Below, one piece after another: positions 1 through 8,520 of a DNA stretch of 30,119 nucleotides. A model generated the notes under the pieces. That model searched no databases. It worked only from the letters and a program-made list of their open reading frames with translations, and was not told where the DNA came from. Numbering within the stretch: position 1 is the stretch's first letter; each line of letters opens with the position of its first letter. Source of the DNA: a virus; the IMG/VR virus record IMGVR_UViG_3300028024_000003. One strand, 5' to 3'. A program made the position numbers and the translations under genes.

Positions 1-1
1 G

Positions 2-529
2 AATCGCTTCGCACGTGTGCGCGCGGCGAATATGCGGATTCACGAGCTGGAGGCGCAACTCGGGACCGCTCAGGGCCCGGATGTGACGAAGGCGTGTCTG
101 CGGATGCTGGATACCCAGCTCAACAGCTGGTGGGACCTCGAAGGGTTTGGCCACATCAGCGACATCGCGTTTGGCAAGCATGGCTGCAAGGTGAAGTTCA
201 GCTGTTCGCTTTTCGGCGACTTCAGCTTTCAGTCCGAGACTCCTGTGTCGGACAAGGAACGCCGCGCAATGTGGCACGAGAGTCTGAAGGAGCGCGGGTT
301 CGTCTTGGACCAGGAAGACCGTGACTGGGACATCCGTGACTGCGACGAGAGCCGCGAGGCGCTGCTGAAACTCTTTGCCCTGCGCCTGCCGTCGGCCAAA
401 GTCATCTCGTTCGACAATCATCACTATGGTCGCTCGGGCGGCTTCAAGCTGCGTGGTCTCGAGGTGTACATCCACGAACTGGCCGAAATCAGCAACCTGC
501 CGCAGAACCCACCGAAAGCGGCAAAATAA
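2..529 (+). CDS. Hypothetical protein, 5'-truncated by the window edge
   Basis: The frame of the 17..529 ORF is open back to position 2. It ends at TAA 527-529 and is followed by a terminator. Confidence 0.75.
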   Translation, partial: NRFARVRAANMRIHELEAQLGTAQGPDVTKACLRMLDTQLNSWWDLEGFGHISDIAFGKHGCKVKFSCSLFGDFSFQSETPVSDKERRAMWHESLKERGFVLDQEDRDWDIRDCDESREALLKLFALRLPSAKVISFDNHHYGRSGGFKLRGLEVYIHELAEISNLPQNPPKAAK

Positions 530-550
530 GTCGACACAAAACCTCCTCGC

Positions 551-575
551 AACCCGGGCACCTGCCCGGGTTTTT
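551..575 (+). terminator. Intrinsic terminator
   Basis: AACCCGGGCA-CC-TGCCCGGGTT stem-loop followed by a T-run. Confidence 0.8.
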
Positions 576-590
576 CATTCCGGCTCACGC

Positions 591-603
591 GTCCTATACG
601 GGA
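591..603 (+). promoter_or_regulatory. Class II promoter-like motif GTCCTATACGGGA
   Basis: Identical 13-mer at 26832-26844. Both copies lie after a terminator and 32-39 nt before an RBS-bearing ATG. Confidence 0.6.
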
Positions 604-638
604 CCGTAGGCCAACAATTTTTTCGCGAGGAATCCAAC

Positions 639-1028
639 ATGAATATCGACCAAATCAACGCACTGAACCGTTTCGCGCTGGAAAACAAACGCGGCTGGAA
701 AGACAGACTCTTTTCGAGCTGGTGCTGCGGCATCTATCCGGTGACCACGAGCGGCGAAGACCAGGCGCTGTTGCAGCAGTTGCGCAACAGCGGCGGTGCC
801 GAGCTTCTCGAAACGTTCCGTGCCCGCCCCGAAGGTTATAGCCGCGTTGGCTATCTCAAGAAGGACCGCATGGAACGCTTCAACCTGAAGCGCGGCTGGT
901 TCGTGAACGCGTGGCGCATCGTGACCGATGCCGGCGCTGACATGATTCAACCGTGGAGCATGCGCAAGTCCGAGGCAAAAGAAACGGCCGACGAGACGGG
1001 CATATTCCTGGTGGGCGTGCTCTCGTAA
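639..1028 (+). CDS. Hypothetical protein (129 aa, MNIDQINAL...)
   Basis: GAGG RBS at 627-630 and ATG at 639. The 375 start in the ORF track overlaps the upstream gene and terminator. Confidence 0.8.
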   Translation: MNIDQINALNRFALENKRGWKDRLFSSWCCGIYPVTTSGEDQALLQQLRNSGGAELLETFRARPEGYSRVGYLKKDRMERFNLKRGWFVNAWRIVTDAGADMIQPWSMRKSEAKETADETGIFLVGVLS

Positions 1029-1049
1029 GCGTCGACCCTCTCTTCACTC

Positions 1050-1078
1050 AGCGCCCTTTCCAGGGCGCTTTTTTATTT
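1050..1078 (+). terminator. Intrinsic terminator
   Basis: AGCGCCCT-TTCC-AGGGCGCT followed by TTTTTATTT. Confidence 0.85.
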
Positions 1079-1158
1079 CCTCGAGCGGGACGTGCCGCCG
1101 TGGAGAGACTGAAGGCGCCTGCCCTTATACTAAGCAGGACAATAAACGGGGAACCCGG

Positions 1159-1644
1159 ATGGTTTCATTTCAGACTTTTCTGGATGTATTTCTGGACACG
1201 GTGCAGCAAAAATTTACGATTGGCATGGACTTCTTTTTCCTGCCTATCGGGCTCGTTCTACACGAATGCGGTCATGCTGTTGTCGGCGCGCTGCTCGGCG
1301 TGCGTTCAACGGGTATCCGGTTCGGCGAGAAGCCTGTCTTTACGAAGGTCGTACGGGGCTACTCCATCACGGTGGGCTGGCTTCCAACGTCAGGACACAC
1401 GACGTTCGTAGATGAACGGAATTTCCCGCAAACGTGGCAAGTTCTGTCGACGTATCTGGCAGGGCCATTGACCGTTTTCTTCTTTGGCCCGGTTTTTTTT
1501 CTGATGTTCCAGCACAGCCACCTGTATGCTGCGGCACTGTTCGGAGCGTTGTTCTCATTTAACGGGATATACGACCTGCGTGCGAATTGTCCGGATGGCA
1601 TCGCTATCCGGCGACTCTGGAAAGTCTTGCGTGCGCAACCTTAG
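1159..1644 (+). CDS. Small site-2 protease (peptidase M50 family) membrane protein
   Basis: LHECGH (HExxH) in a hydrophobic segment, GIRFG membrane-reentrant loop, LAGP motif, C-terminal PDG third-ligand motif. Confidence 0.85.
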   Translation: MVSFQTFLDVFLDTVQQKFTIGMDFFFLPIGLVLHECGHAVVGALLGVRSTGIRFGEKPVFTKVVRGYSITVGWLPTSGHTTFVDERNFPQTWQVLSTYLAGPLTVFFFGPVFFLMFQHSHLYAAALFGALFSFNGIYDLRANCPDGIAIRRLWKVLRAQP

Positions 1645-1666
1645 CCGAAATGTCAGCTGGAAACTC

Positions 1667-1700
1667 AAACGCCGCGATTGTGTCGCGGCGTTTTTCTTTT
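1667..1700. terminator. Terminator between convergent genes, probably bidirectional
   Basis: AAACGCCGCGA-TTGTG-TCGCGGCGTTT with a T-run on the plus side. Confidence 0.8.
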
Positions 1701-1714
1701 AACATCAGCCGCGG

Positions 1715-3658
1715 TCAGCGGTAGCTCACGACCATCGGGCCGTTTTGCGTGCCGTAGTGCCAGGACGCGTTGGCTGCACCGCCACCCCCCGTCACATGCA
1801 GCCCATTCGAGTTGCCGCCCGCCCAATAGATGGTTGGGTAGTAGACCGCCGACCCGGTGAGGGACATGGTCGAGTTGAACTGCGTCAGGCCGGCCGAGCT
1901 GACAGCCCATAGCGCCGTCGGGTCGTATGCGGTCTGCGTGTTGTAGTTGGCCAACAGACCCTGACGAAGGTTGTTCATCACTGTCGCGCTCGTCGTCCAT
2001 GCCGCGTTACTGGTACCGTACTCCGAGAAACGTACTTCGGTCGACAGGTTGGCCAACGCGGTGGCAATCGAGAGAGGCAGATACGAACCGTTTGCTTCAC
2101 CCGGCACCGGCGGCGAACCCGCGGGTGCCTCATTGAACGTGGCACCCGCGTAGTACCGGCTGTCATGCAACGCCTCGATGACCGTGTAGCCACCGCCATT
2201 CGTTGTCATGTCGCAGTAAACGTCGTACGGCGAGCCACCCGGTGCGATGCGGTAGATGCCGTCGCCCGTCGCGCCTTGGTAGTAGTGCGGCGCGCTTGGA
2301 TTGCGATAGCCGTTGCACGTTGCCGCGTACGTGCCGTCGGCAAACGCGCGGTAGCCGCTGAACTGCTGGATGGAGCCGGTGATGGGCAGCGAGTACGACT
2401 GTGTCGCGGCCTTCCCCTTGTACGAGGCCTGCACCTGGACCGTTGACGAAGTCGCGGCCGTCGTCGGAGTTCCTGTGATGACTCCCGCCAGAGAAAGGCT
2501 CAGGCCCGCGGGCAAGTTACCACTGAGCACCTTCCACTGCACGCCGGCGCCACTGCCCGCGTACGCGCCGTCGCCGCTCACCGACACCGACGGCTTCAGG
2601 TCGAAACCTGCGCCGTTGTTATAAGCGATGCCCACGATACCGCCCGGCGGCGTGGCCTGCGCGAGACTGACTGTGATGGCGCCAACGACGACCTGGTAGG
2701 CCTGCGTGCCGGCTTTCGACTTGTAGACGGCCTGCACAGTGAAAGGAAACGTCCCTTCCGCCGTCGCACTTCCCGTGATGACGCCGTTTGCACCAAGGCT
2801 CAGTCCCGCGGGCAACGCACCGCTCGTGACGCTCCAGCTCACGCCGGTTCCCGTCGAATAGGCGGCGTCCCCGCTGACGCTAAGAAGCGTCTTCAGGTCG
2901 TAGCTATATGCCGTGCCCTGCATTGCATCCGGGAGGGTTGCGCTCTGCAGCCCGACCGTGATGGCGCCCACGACAACCTGATAAGTCTGGGCGCCGGACC
3001 GCGTGCGGTATGCCGCCCTGACCGTGAACGGGTATGTGCCTTCAGCGGTGGCCACGCCCGTGATGACGCCATCACTGCCCAGACTCAGGCCTGCGGGAAG
3101 TGCACCGCTTGCGAGGCTCCAGTTGACGCTGGACGGCGAATAGCCGGGGTCGCCGCTCACCGACAGCCGCGGCTTCAGGTCGTAGCTGTACGTCGCGCCC
3201 TGGGTCGCGTTCGGCAATGCCGCGCTGCCGAGGCTCACCTGGAGATTGGTCACGCTGACCTGGTAGGTGTTCGTGCCAGATTTGGTCCGGTACAGCGCCT
3301 TGACGACAAAGCTCGACGAGCCCGCGGTCGTCGGCGTGCCGGATAGCTTGCCGCTTGCGCTCAGGGTGAGTCCCGCGGGCAGCGTGCCGCCCGCGACGTA
3401 CCAGCGAACGTTGTTTGAGTTGAACGCCTGGTCGCCCGTGACCTGCAACACCTGGTTGAAGTCGAAGCCGGGATACACATCGCCCACGAGACCCGCGGGT
3501 GGGTTGAATGCACTCAGGCCGACGGAGATACCAGCGGCACCAGTGTCGGTTCGCGAGGGTAAGGGGACAACGACGTAATAGTCCGCCGCAAGCGCGGGTA
3601 CGCTGGCAGCCAAGGCAGCCGTAAGCACGGCCAGGCGGAATAAGGGTTTTGATGACAT
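1715..3658 (-). CDS. Secreted adhesin-like protein: signal peptide, four putative Ig (He_PIG-like) repeats, fibrinogen-like YCDxxxxGGG(W/Y) domain
   Basis: Signal peptide ending VPALA. Four repeats of about 95 aa with W...G.LPAGL.L...G.I.G. C-terminal GDGIYRI...VYCDMTTNGGGYT. Confidence 0.88.
   Translation of the reverse strand: MSSKPLFRLAVLTAALAASVPALAADYYVVVPLPSRTDTGAAGISVGLSAFNPPAGLVGDVYPGFDFNQVLQVTGDQAFNSNNVRWYVAGGTLPAGLTLSASGKLSGTPTTAGSSSFVVKALYRTKSGTNTYQVSVTNLQVSLGSAALPNATQGATYSYDLKPRLSVSGDPGYSPSSVNWSLASGALPAGLSLGSDGVITGVATAEGTYPFTVRAAYRTRSGAQTYQVVVGAITVGLQSATLPDAMQGTAYSYDLKTLLSVSGDAAYSTGTGVSWSVTSGALPAGLSLGANGVITGSATAEGTFPFTVQAVYKSKAGTQAYQVVVGAITVSLAQATPPGGIVGIAYNNGAGFDLKPSVSVSGDGAYAGSGAGVQWKVLSGNLPAGLSLSLAGVITGTPTTAATSSTVQVQASYKGKAATQSYSLPITGSIQQFSGYRAFADGTYAATCNGYRNPSAPHYYQGATGDGIYRIAPGGSPYDVYCDMTTNGGGYTVIEALHDSRYYAGATFNEAPAGSPPVPGEANGSYLPLSIATALANLSTEVRFSEYGTSNAAWTTSATVMNNLRQGLLANYNTQTAYDPTALWAVSSAGLTQFNSTMSLTGSAVYYPTIYWAGGNSNGLHVTGGGGAANASWHYGTQNGPMVVSYR
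2380..3530 (-). repeat. Four intragenic tandem Ig-like repeats (about 285 nt each; boundaries approximate)
   Basis: Recurrent peptide motifs (YDLK, LPAGLSL, GVITG, QTYQV) and recurrent DNA such as CTTCAGGTCG and GTGATGAC. Confidence 0.8.
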
Positions 3659-3815
3659 TTGACGGTATACCGGAGGTCTGCTGTGGTATAGCGCCCGGCT
3701 GCCTGCATCGAGCGATGCTGCGCCTGAAAAAACGGGGGTTCTTGCGCGTTTGCTGAAAGAAAAGGCTGCCGGCCCGTTGACCTCGGGCTACCTGCGCCGG
3801 CTCGCACCCCCTCAA

Positions 3816-3838
3816 GCGATACCCACGGCGGGTATCGC
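3816..3838 (-). terminator. Stem-loop downstream of the response regulator gene, without a clear U-tract
   Basis: GCGATACCC-ACGGC-GGGTATCGC. Confidence 0.45.
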
Positions 3839-3853
3839 CCCGGCTGTGCCGGA

Positions 3854-4492
3854 TTAAATAATCACGAGCTTGCGGGCCAACGCGTAGCGCATGATGTCCG
3901 GATTGGTCTTCAGACCGAGCTTCTTCAGGATGCGCGCGCGGAAGGTCGAGATGGTACCGACCTCAACACCGATGGCGGCCGCAACTTCGGTCGGCGACTT
4001 GCCGGCGGCGATTTGGCACATCACCTGATATTCCCGTTCCGAGAGCTTCTCGTGCGGGTTGGTCGACGCGGCGCCCCCAGCTTGCATGACAAGCTCTTCC
4101 GCATATTCCGGGCTCACGTACCGGCCGCCGGCGGCCACCTTCTGGCACGCTGCGAGGAAATCCGCCGGGTCGCACGTCTTGTTGATGAAGCCACTCCCTC
4201 CAACCTTGAAGACGCGGCCCGCCGCCGCGGAATCGGGCATCAGGCTGTGCACGAGTATCGGCTGCTTGTAGCCGGCCGAGCGCAATTCCTGAATCAGTTC
4301 CAACCCATCTCCGTCGGGCAACTGCAGGTCCAGCACCATCATCGACCAGTTCAAGGTGCGAACGGCAACGCGCGCGCTCTGGAGCGATGCAGCCTCTGAA
4401 ACCACTTCCCAGCCCAATTCCTGCACAAGCATGGCCACGCCTTTGCGCACCATGCTGTGGTCATCGACAACAACAACCTCTGGCACAGTCAC
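3854..4492 (-). CDS. NarL/FixJ (UvrY/GacA-like) response regulator, REC plus LuxR HTH
   Basis: VVDDH, LDLQLPDGDG phospho-acceptor, GFINK, LSEREYQV...TISTFRARILKKL. GTG start with GAGGA RBS. Confidence 0.95.
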   Translation of the reverse strand: MTVPEVVVVDDHSMVRKGVAMLVQELGWEVVSEAASLQSARVAVRTLNWSMMVLDLQLPDGDGLELIQELRSAGYKQPILVHSLMPDSAAAGRVFKVGGSGFINKTCDPADFLAACQKVAAGGRYVSPEYAEELVMQAGGAASTNPHEKLSEREYQVMCQIAAGKSPTEVAAAIGVEVGTISTFRARILKKLGLKTNPDIMRYALARKLVII

Positions 4493-4536
4493 CCGATTTT
4501 CCTCGTTTTTGTCTTGTAGTCATACCTGATACCGCC

Positions 4537-6033
4537 CTACTCACCCTCGGCCGTGACCGCAGGTTGCATACGTCGCTCGGGCAGCTCCATACGCACGAGC
4601 GTTCCATCCACTTCCGGCCGGGTCGTGAAAATGACCTTGCCGCCGTAAAGGTCCGCACGTTCTTTCATGCTGCGCAGCCCCATGGACCGCGTTTTCACGT
4701 GAGCCGGTATACCGACTCCGTTGTCCTGCACTTCGAGCCAGTACGTGCTATTGTCCAGGCCCATCCGCACCAGGCAACGGCTTGCCTTGGCATGCTTGCT
4801 CACGTTGTTGAGCAGTTCCTGCACGCTGCGGTGCATGTTCTGCGCCAACTTCTGCTCCGGCTCCACGAAGCTCGGTGCCAGCTCGAACTGAATCTGAATC
4901 CCAAGCCGGCTGCGCAACTCTGCCACGAGTTCGTGGATGGAGTTCGCGAGCCCCTGCATTGCCGCCGAGTCCTCTCGCATCTCGAAGGCAATACGACGCG
5001 CCGCCTTGGCAAGCGAGTCGACGAGCTGTCGCACAGAATCAAACTGCTGCACCGCTTCCGGTAACGCCGTGTTCGACCCGAGCACAAGCGAACTGAGCCG
5101 GTGCATTGCCAGCTTCAGCACCGTAAACTGTTGGCCGAGCGAGTCATGTATCTCGCGTGCGAGCATCGTGCGCTCGGCTTCCTTTACTGCCAGCATCTGC
5201 GTGAGCGCTTCGTGGCCCATCACACCTGCCTCTCCGGCGGCGCGGCGAACCGCGCCGGCCGGCTCGAGTGAGAGCGCCAACACGCCGACGAACCCATCTC
5301 CATCCCGACTCTGCAGCGGGAAGTGCAATACGTTCCAGCGACCGTCAACCCCAAGGTCGTAGATGTGCGAGGAAATCGAGTCTCCGTTGCGCACCTGCGA
5401 CGGCAGGTCTTTCAGGTCAGTACGCAGCGCCACCAGCCGCTCGTAGTCATCCGGGTTACGAGGACCCGGTGTGCTGCGCGCACGCAACACATCCATCGGA
5501 GAGCCGCCATACGCCGCGTTCGAAAACACGGTGCTGCCCGAGGAGTCCACCACCCAGCACGGATGCGGAAGGTAGGACAGCAGGTCCCGCGTAATGCTCG
5601 ACCACGACGGAAACAACGCATCCCTGCTGTCCTTGAGGAACAACAGCGCTGCATTCTTCTCGGGATACTCCGGCAACGCCGAAACCGAGACCTTGACCGT
5701 GACGTAGTTGTCCGACGTCTGCATCCGGACAGGCAAGTCAGTCACAATAATGCCCGCGTTGGCCACCGCCATCTGGATGCGCGACAGCGTATGCGGGTCC
5801 AGCCCGGCATGAAACAGGTTGCCGATTTCCACTGCACTACGGCAACCGAGAAGCGCATGCGCTTGCTCCGTCGCTGCCAACACCTTCAGTACACTCGCGC
5901 CGGTAACAAGCAACACGGGCTGCCTGAGACTGCAAACCGACCGCCAGAATACTTCGACAGGGAATGTCGACGACTCGACAGCAATACCGCTCTTCCGGGC
6001 AACAAACTTTCTAATCCACGCCCGCAAACCCAT
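4537..6033 (-). CDS. Cytoplasmic PAS-domain sensor histidine kinase (HisKA_3, NarX/UhpB type)
   Basis: AREIHDSLGQ H-box, QELLNNVSKHA N-box, DNGVG, MGLRSMKERA. PAS-like LPHPCWVVD...FSNAAY. No obvious TM helix. Confidence 0.92.
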   Translation of the reverse strand: MGLRAWIRKFVARKSGIAVESSTFPVEVFWRSVCSLRQPVLLVTGASVLKVLAATEQAHALLGCRSAVEIGNLFHAGLDPHTLSRIQMAVANAGIIVTDLPVRMQTSDNYVTVKVSVSALPEYPEKNAALLFLKDSRDALFPSWSSITRDLLSYLPHPCWVVDSSGSTVFSNAAYGGSPMDVLRARSTPGPRNPDDYERLVALRTDLKDLPSQVRNGDSISSHIYDLGVDGRWNVLHFPLQSRDGDGFVGVLALSLEPAGAVRRAAGEAGVMGHEALTQMLAVKEAERTMLAREIHDSLGQQFTVLKLAMHRLSSLVLGSNTALPEAVQQFDSVRQLVDSLAKAARRIAFEMREDSAAMQGLANSIHELVAELRSRLGIQIQFELAPSFVEPEQKLAQNMHRSVQELLNNVSKHAKASRCLVRMGLDNSTYWLEVQDNGVGIPAHVKTRSMGLRSMKERADLYGGKVIFTTRPEVDGTLVRMELPERRMQPAVTAEGE

Positions 6034-6402
6034 ACGTACGTTCCAAGAGGGTCCAAGACCCTCTGCATTTCAAACACAAAAGATTAACACGGTTTTCTAC
6101 TTGTACGACAAAGCACAAAGGCAATTCCTACCGGTGCACCGGATGGCGGCCGGATTGCCTTGCACCAGGTGCAACCTTTACAAACATTGAACAGAACCGC
6201 ACAAGTTAGCTGTGAATAACGGCGGCCTTCCGTAAATCTTTAGGCCTTGGACCCGCCTCTTTTCGTCTGAACATTTCACCAGATTCAAGGCGGTATGCAA
6301 CACGATTGTCAAGTGGCAATTGTGCAACATCGCTGCTAGATGTCCGCACGCGACAACCTGGTAAACGTACCAATGTACGGCTTGGTATACCGCGGAGTAC
6401 GC

Positions 6403-6431
6403 AAAAAACCCGCCAAAGAGGCGGGTTTTTT
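6403..6431. terminator. Bidirectional intrinsic terminator
   Basis: AAAAAACCCGCC-AAAGA-GGCGGGTTTTTT. Confidence 0.9.
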
Positions 6432-6454
6432 ATGGGGCAGCGTCCGACAAAGGG

Positions 6455-7216
6455 TCAGAACTTGTAGTCGACCTTGCCGAAGACCTTGTGCGTGCCAGTG
6501 TTCGTGAACCCGTACGCGTCGTTGCCCGCGAACTGGTACGTCACGCCGACGTCGACGTGGTCGTTGAACGCGTAGCCTACGCGCACTTGCGCAAGCGACA
6601 GGCCGTTCTTCGCACCAGCGTCGGCGTGGTTGTGCAGGCCGTAGCCAACGTCACCGCCAAGGCTGAACTGGTTCAGGTGGTACGTGTAGCCGATTTCACC
6701 GAAAGTGTCGCCAGTCTGGAAGCCAGCGATAGGCGCGTTCGCGCTTTCGATGACCGTGGAGACCTTCACGCGCAGACCGTTCCACTCGGCGCCAACGAAC
6801 GCTTCGCTGAACGAGAGGTCGTTGATGTGGTTCTGACCCGTGAAGATGTTGCGGGTCAGGCCGCCGCCGACGGTCACGTCGTGGGGCAGGCGGAAGTCGT
6901 AACCGACCGTCACCTGGTTCTGCAGCTGGTGCAGGTTCGATGCGCCCGGCGTCAGGTTCACCGTGTCGCTCTCGATGGTGCCGTACAGGCCCGACGAGTG
7001 ACGCGCGGTAATGCTCGCGCCGATGGACGGGTTGCCGTCCGAGAATTGCATGCCGCGGTATTGGTACGACGATTGCGCATGCACGTCGCCCGACACGGTC
7101 AGGCCGTTTTCCGACTGCGCCAGCGCTTTCATGCCGGCCAGGCTGTCAGCCGCCATCGCGGAACCGACGAGGCCCAGACCAACGAATGCAGCAACGGCCA
7201 GATGTTTCAACTTCAT
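6455..7216 (-). CDS. TorF-family (TIGR02001-like) putative outer-membrane beta-barrel porin
   Basis: Signal peptide, SSYQYRG...NPSI motif resembling SDYxFRG..QT...PA, alternating beta-strand pattern, terminal YKF. AAGGAG RBS. Confidence 0.8.
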   Translation of the reverse strand: MKLKHLAVAAFVGLGLVGSAMAADSLAGMKALAQSENGLTVSGDVHAQSSYQYRGMQFSDGNPSIGASITARHSSGLYGTIESDTVNLTPGASNLHQLQNQVTVGYDFRLPHDVTVGGGLTRNIFTGQNHINDLSFSEAFVGAEWNGLRVKVSTVIESANAPIAGFQTGDTFGEIGYTYHLNQFSLGGDVGYGLHNHADAGAKNGLSLAQVRVGYAFNDHVDVGVTYQFAGNDAYGFTNTGTHKVFGKVDYKF

Positions 7217-7293
7217 GTGGGAGCTCCTTCTATGGGGGAATTAAGGCCCACTTGCGTGGCGCCATAAACCGTATAGCGAGAAATGGAGAGGAT

Positions 7294-7316
7294 GCCGGGC
7301 GCAGAACGCGCCCGGC
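7294..7316 (-). terminator. Stem-loop after the HU gene (weak U-tract)
   Basis: GCCGGGCGC-AGAAC-GCGCCCGGC. Confidence 0.55.
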
Positions 7317-7333
7317 TTACAACGAGGAACTGC

Positions 7334-7621
7334 TTAGTGCAGCGAGCCCTTCAGCGCCGGCGAAACCGTCAGCTTGACCACGCGGCGTGCCGGGACCGTG
7401 ATGCGGTCGCCCGTCACCGGATTGCGAGCCACGCCCGCCTTGCGCTGGCGGGCTTCGAGCGTGCCGAACTTGTGCAGACGTACCTGCTTGCCCGCGGCCA
7501 GTTCGTCCTTGATTCGGTCGAACACGAAGCGCGCGACTTCGGCGCCGGCTTGATGCGTCAGGTCGAAACGCTCGGCGACGGCATCGGACAGGTCTTTCAT
7601 GTTGAACGTCGGGGTGGTCAT
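7334..7621 (-). CDS. hup: HU/IHF-family DNA-binding protein (95 aa)
   Basis: VRLHKFGTL...ARNPVTGDRITVPARRVVKL signature. GGAG RBS before ATG 7621. Confidence 0.93.
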   Translation of the reverse strand: MTTPTFNMKDLSDAVAERFDLTHQAGAEVARFVFDRIKDELAAGKQVRLHKFGTLEARQRKAGVARNPVTGDRITVPARRVVKLTVSPALKGSLH

Positions 7622-7693
7622 GCTAATGTTACTCCAGGGTTGTCCAGTGTTTGGTTTTAGGTCGCAGAGATTTGGATGACTGCGATTGAATAT

Positions 7694-7721
7694 AGTATAA
7701 CATGAAATCGAGTTTTCGCAA
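7694..7721 (-). promoter_or_regulatory. Sigma70-type promoter of the HU gene
   Basis: TTGCGA-N16-TATACT with extended TG (TGTTATACT). Confidence 0.65.
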
Positions 7722-7767
7722 CTGGTTTTGAAATACTTGTTCCAGCATTGTGTCAACCCGCGTTCGC

Positions 7768-7798
7768 AAAAAGAAAACGGCAGCCGTTGGGCTGCCGT
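7768..7798 (-). terminator. Intrinsic terminator after the transglycosylase gene
   Basis: ACGGCAGCC-N4-GGCTGCCGT followed by TTTCTTTTT on the minus strand. Confidence 0.8.
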
Positions 7799-7827
7799 CT
7801 GCTGGGTACTGCTTTGTACTCAAGTGC

Positions 7828-8517
7828 TTACGCGGGCTCTTCGTCGCTGTCGATTTCGCGCTGGGTCATCAGGCCGCGCAGTAAACGCCGCTTGAACTGA
7901 TTTACCCGCTGAAAATATTTGTCGCTCACGTGGAGCGAACCGTTGTAGCGCAAGAGCGCGCGTCGCTCGTTGCCGCCCTCGTTCGCGAGGTACCCCTTGA
8001 GTACCTGCGCACCGATGTCGACGTTCTCGCGAACGGACGTCGGCTTCACCGTGCCGCCCGGGAAGAGGTCCGTATGGTAGCGACCGGCCACCTGCATGAT
8101 GCCGTAGGGCTTCATAGGGTCCTGGCCACCGCCAGGGTTGCCCACCGAGTGCTTGAACGATGATTCCGTCGCGGCCACAGCCATCAGCAGCAGCGGGTCA
8201 ACGCCGTGCCGCTGGGAGGCCGAGATGAACGCTGATGCCACCTGGCTTGCGTAGGAGTTGTCGAGGTTCCATTCGCGCGAGAGGTACGCCGCGACCGTGT
8301 TCTGGCTGAACGGCGAAGTCTGTTGCTGCTGCGGCACCGGCTTTGCGTCCGGTACCTGACTCACCTGGACCGCCGTGCGCTCGAGACCGAACGGCAGATG
8401 CGTCGTGTAGTCGAGGCCCGGGATGCTGGCCAGCGCGATGGTGCTCAGCAGCACCCCGGAGAGTAGACTCGTCAGCCGGGTCGAGAAGGTGGAAGCCTGA
8501 AGAGGGATAGCCATCAT
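7828..8517 (-). CDS. Lytic transglycosylase (SLT domain), N-terminally anchored or exported
   Basis: VDPLLLMAVAATESSF (catalytic E-S), GIMQV, NVDIGAQVL, ALLRYNG. Confidence 0.92.
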   Translation of the reverse strand: MMAIPLQASTFSTRLTSLLSGVLLSTIALASIPGLDYTTHLPFGLERTAVQVSQVPDAKPVPQQQQTSPFSQNTVAAYLSREWNLDNSYASQVASAFISASQRHGVDPLLLMAVAATESSFKHSVGNPGGGQDPMKPYGIMQVAGRYHTDLFPGGTVKPTSVRENVDIGAQVLKGYLANEGGNERRALLRYNGSLHVSDKYFQRVNQFKRRLLRGLMTQREIDSDEEPA

Positions 8518-8520
8518 CGG

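Noticed and set aside
530-1700. Integron cassette array (attC) explanation for the gene-hairpin-gene layout
   Set aside because: The hairpins are short GC stems with T-tails, lack RYYYAAC/GTTRRRY ends, and no integrase is present.
2380-3530. Repeated DNA as a CRISPR array or shufflon
   Set aside because: The repeats are degenerate in-frame protein-domain repeats with no spacers, inversion sites or recombinase.
7622-7756. Extended N-termini given by the ORF track (HU to 7756; likewise AlkB from 24132, PfkB to 23193, BtpA to 22181, HDOD to 19185)
   Set aside because: The extensions run through promoters or neighbouring genes. Downstream starts match the RBS and family length.
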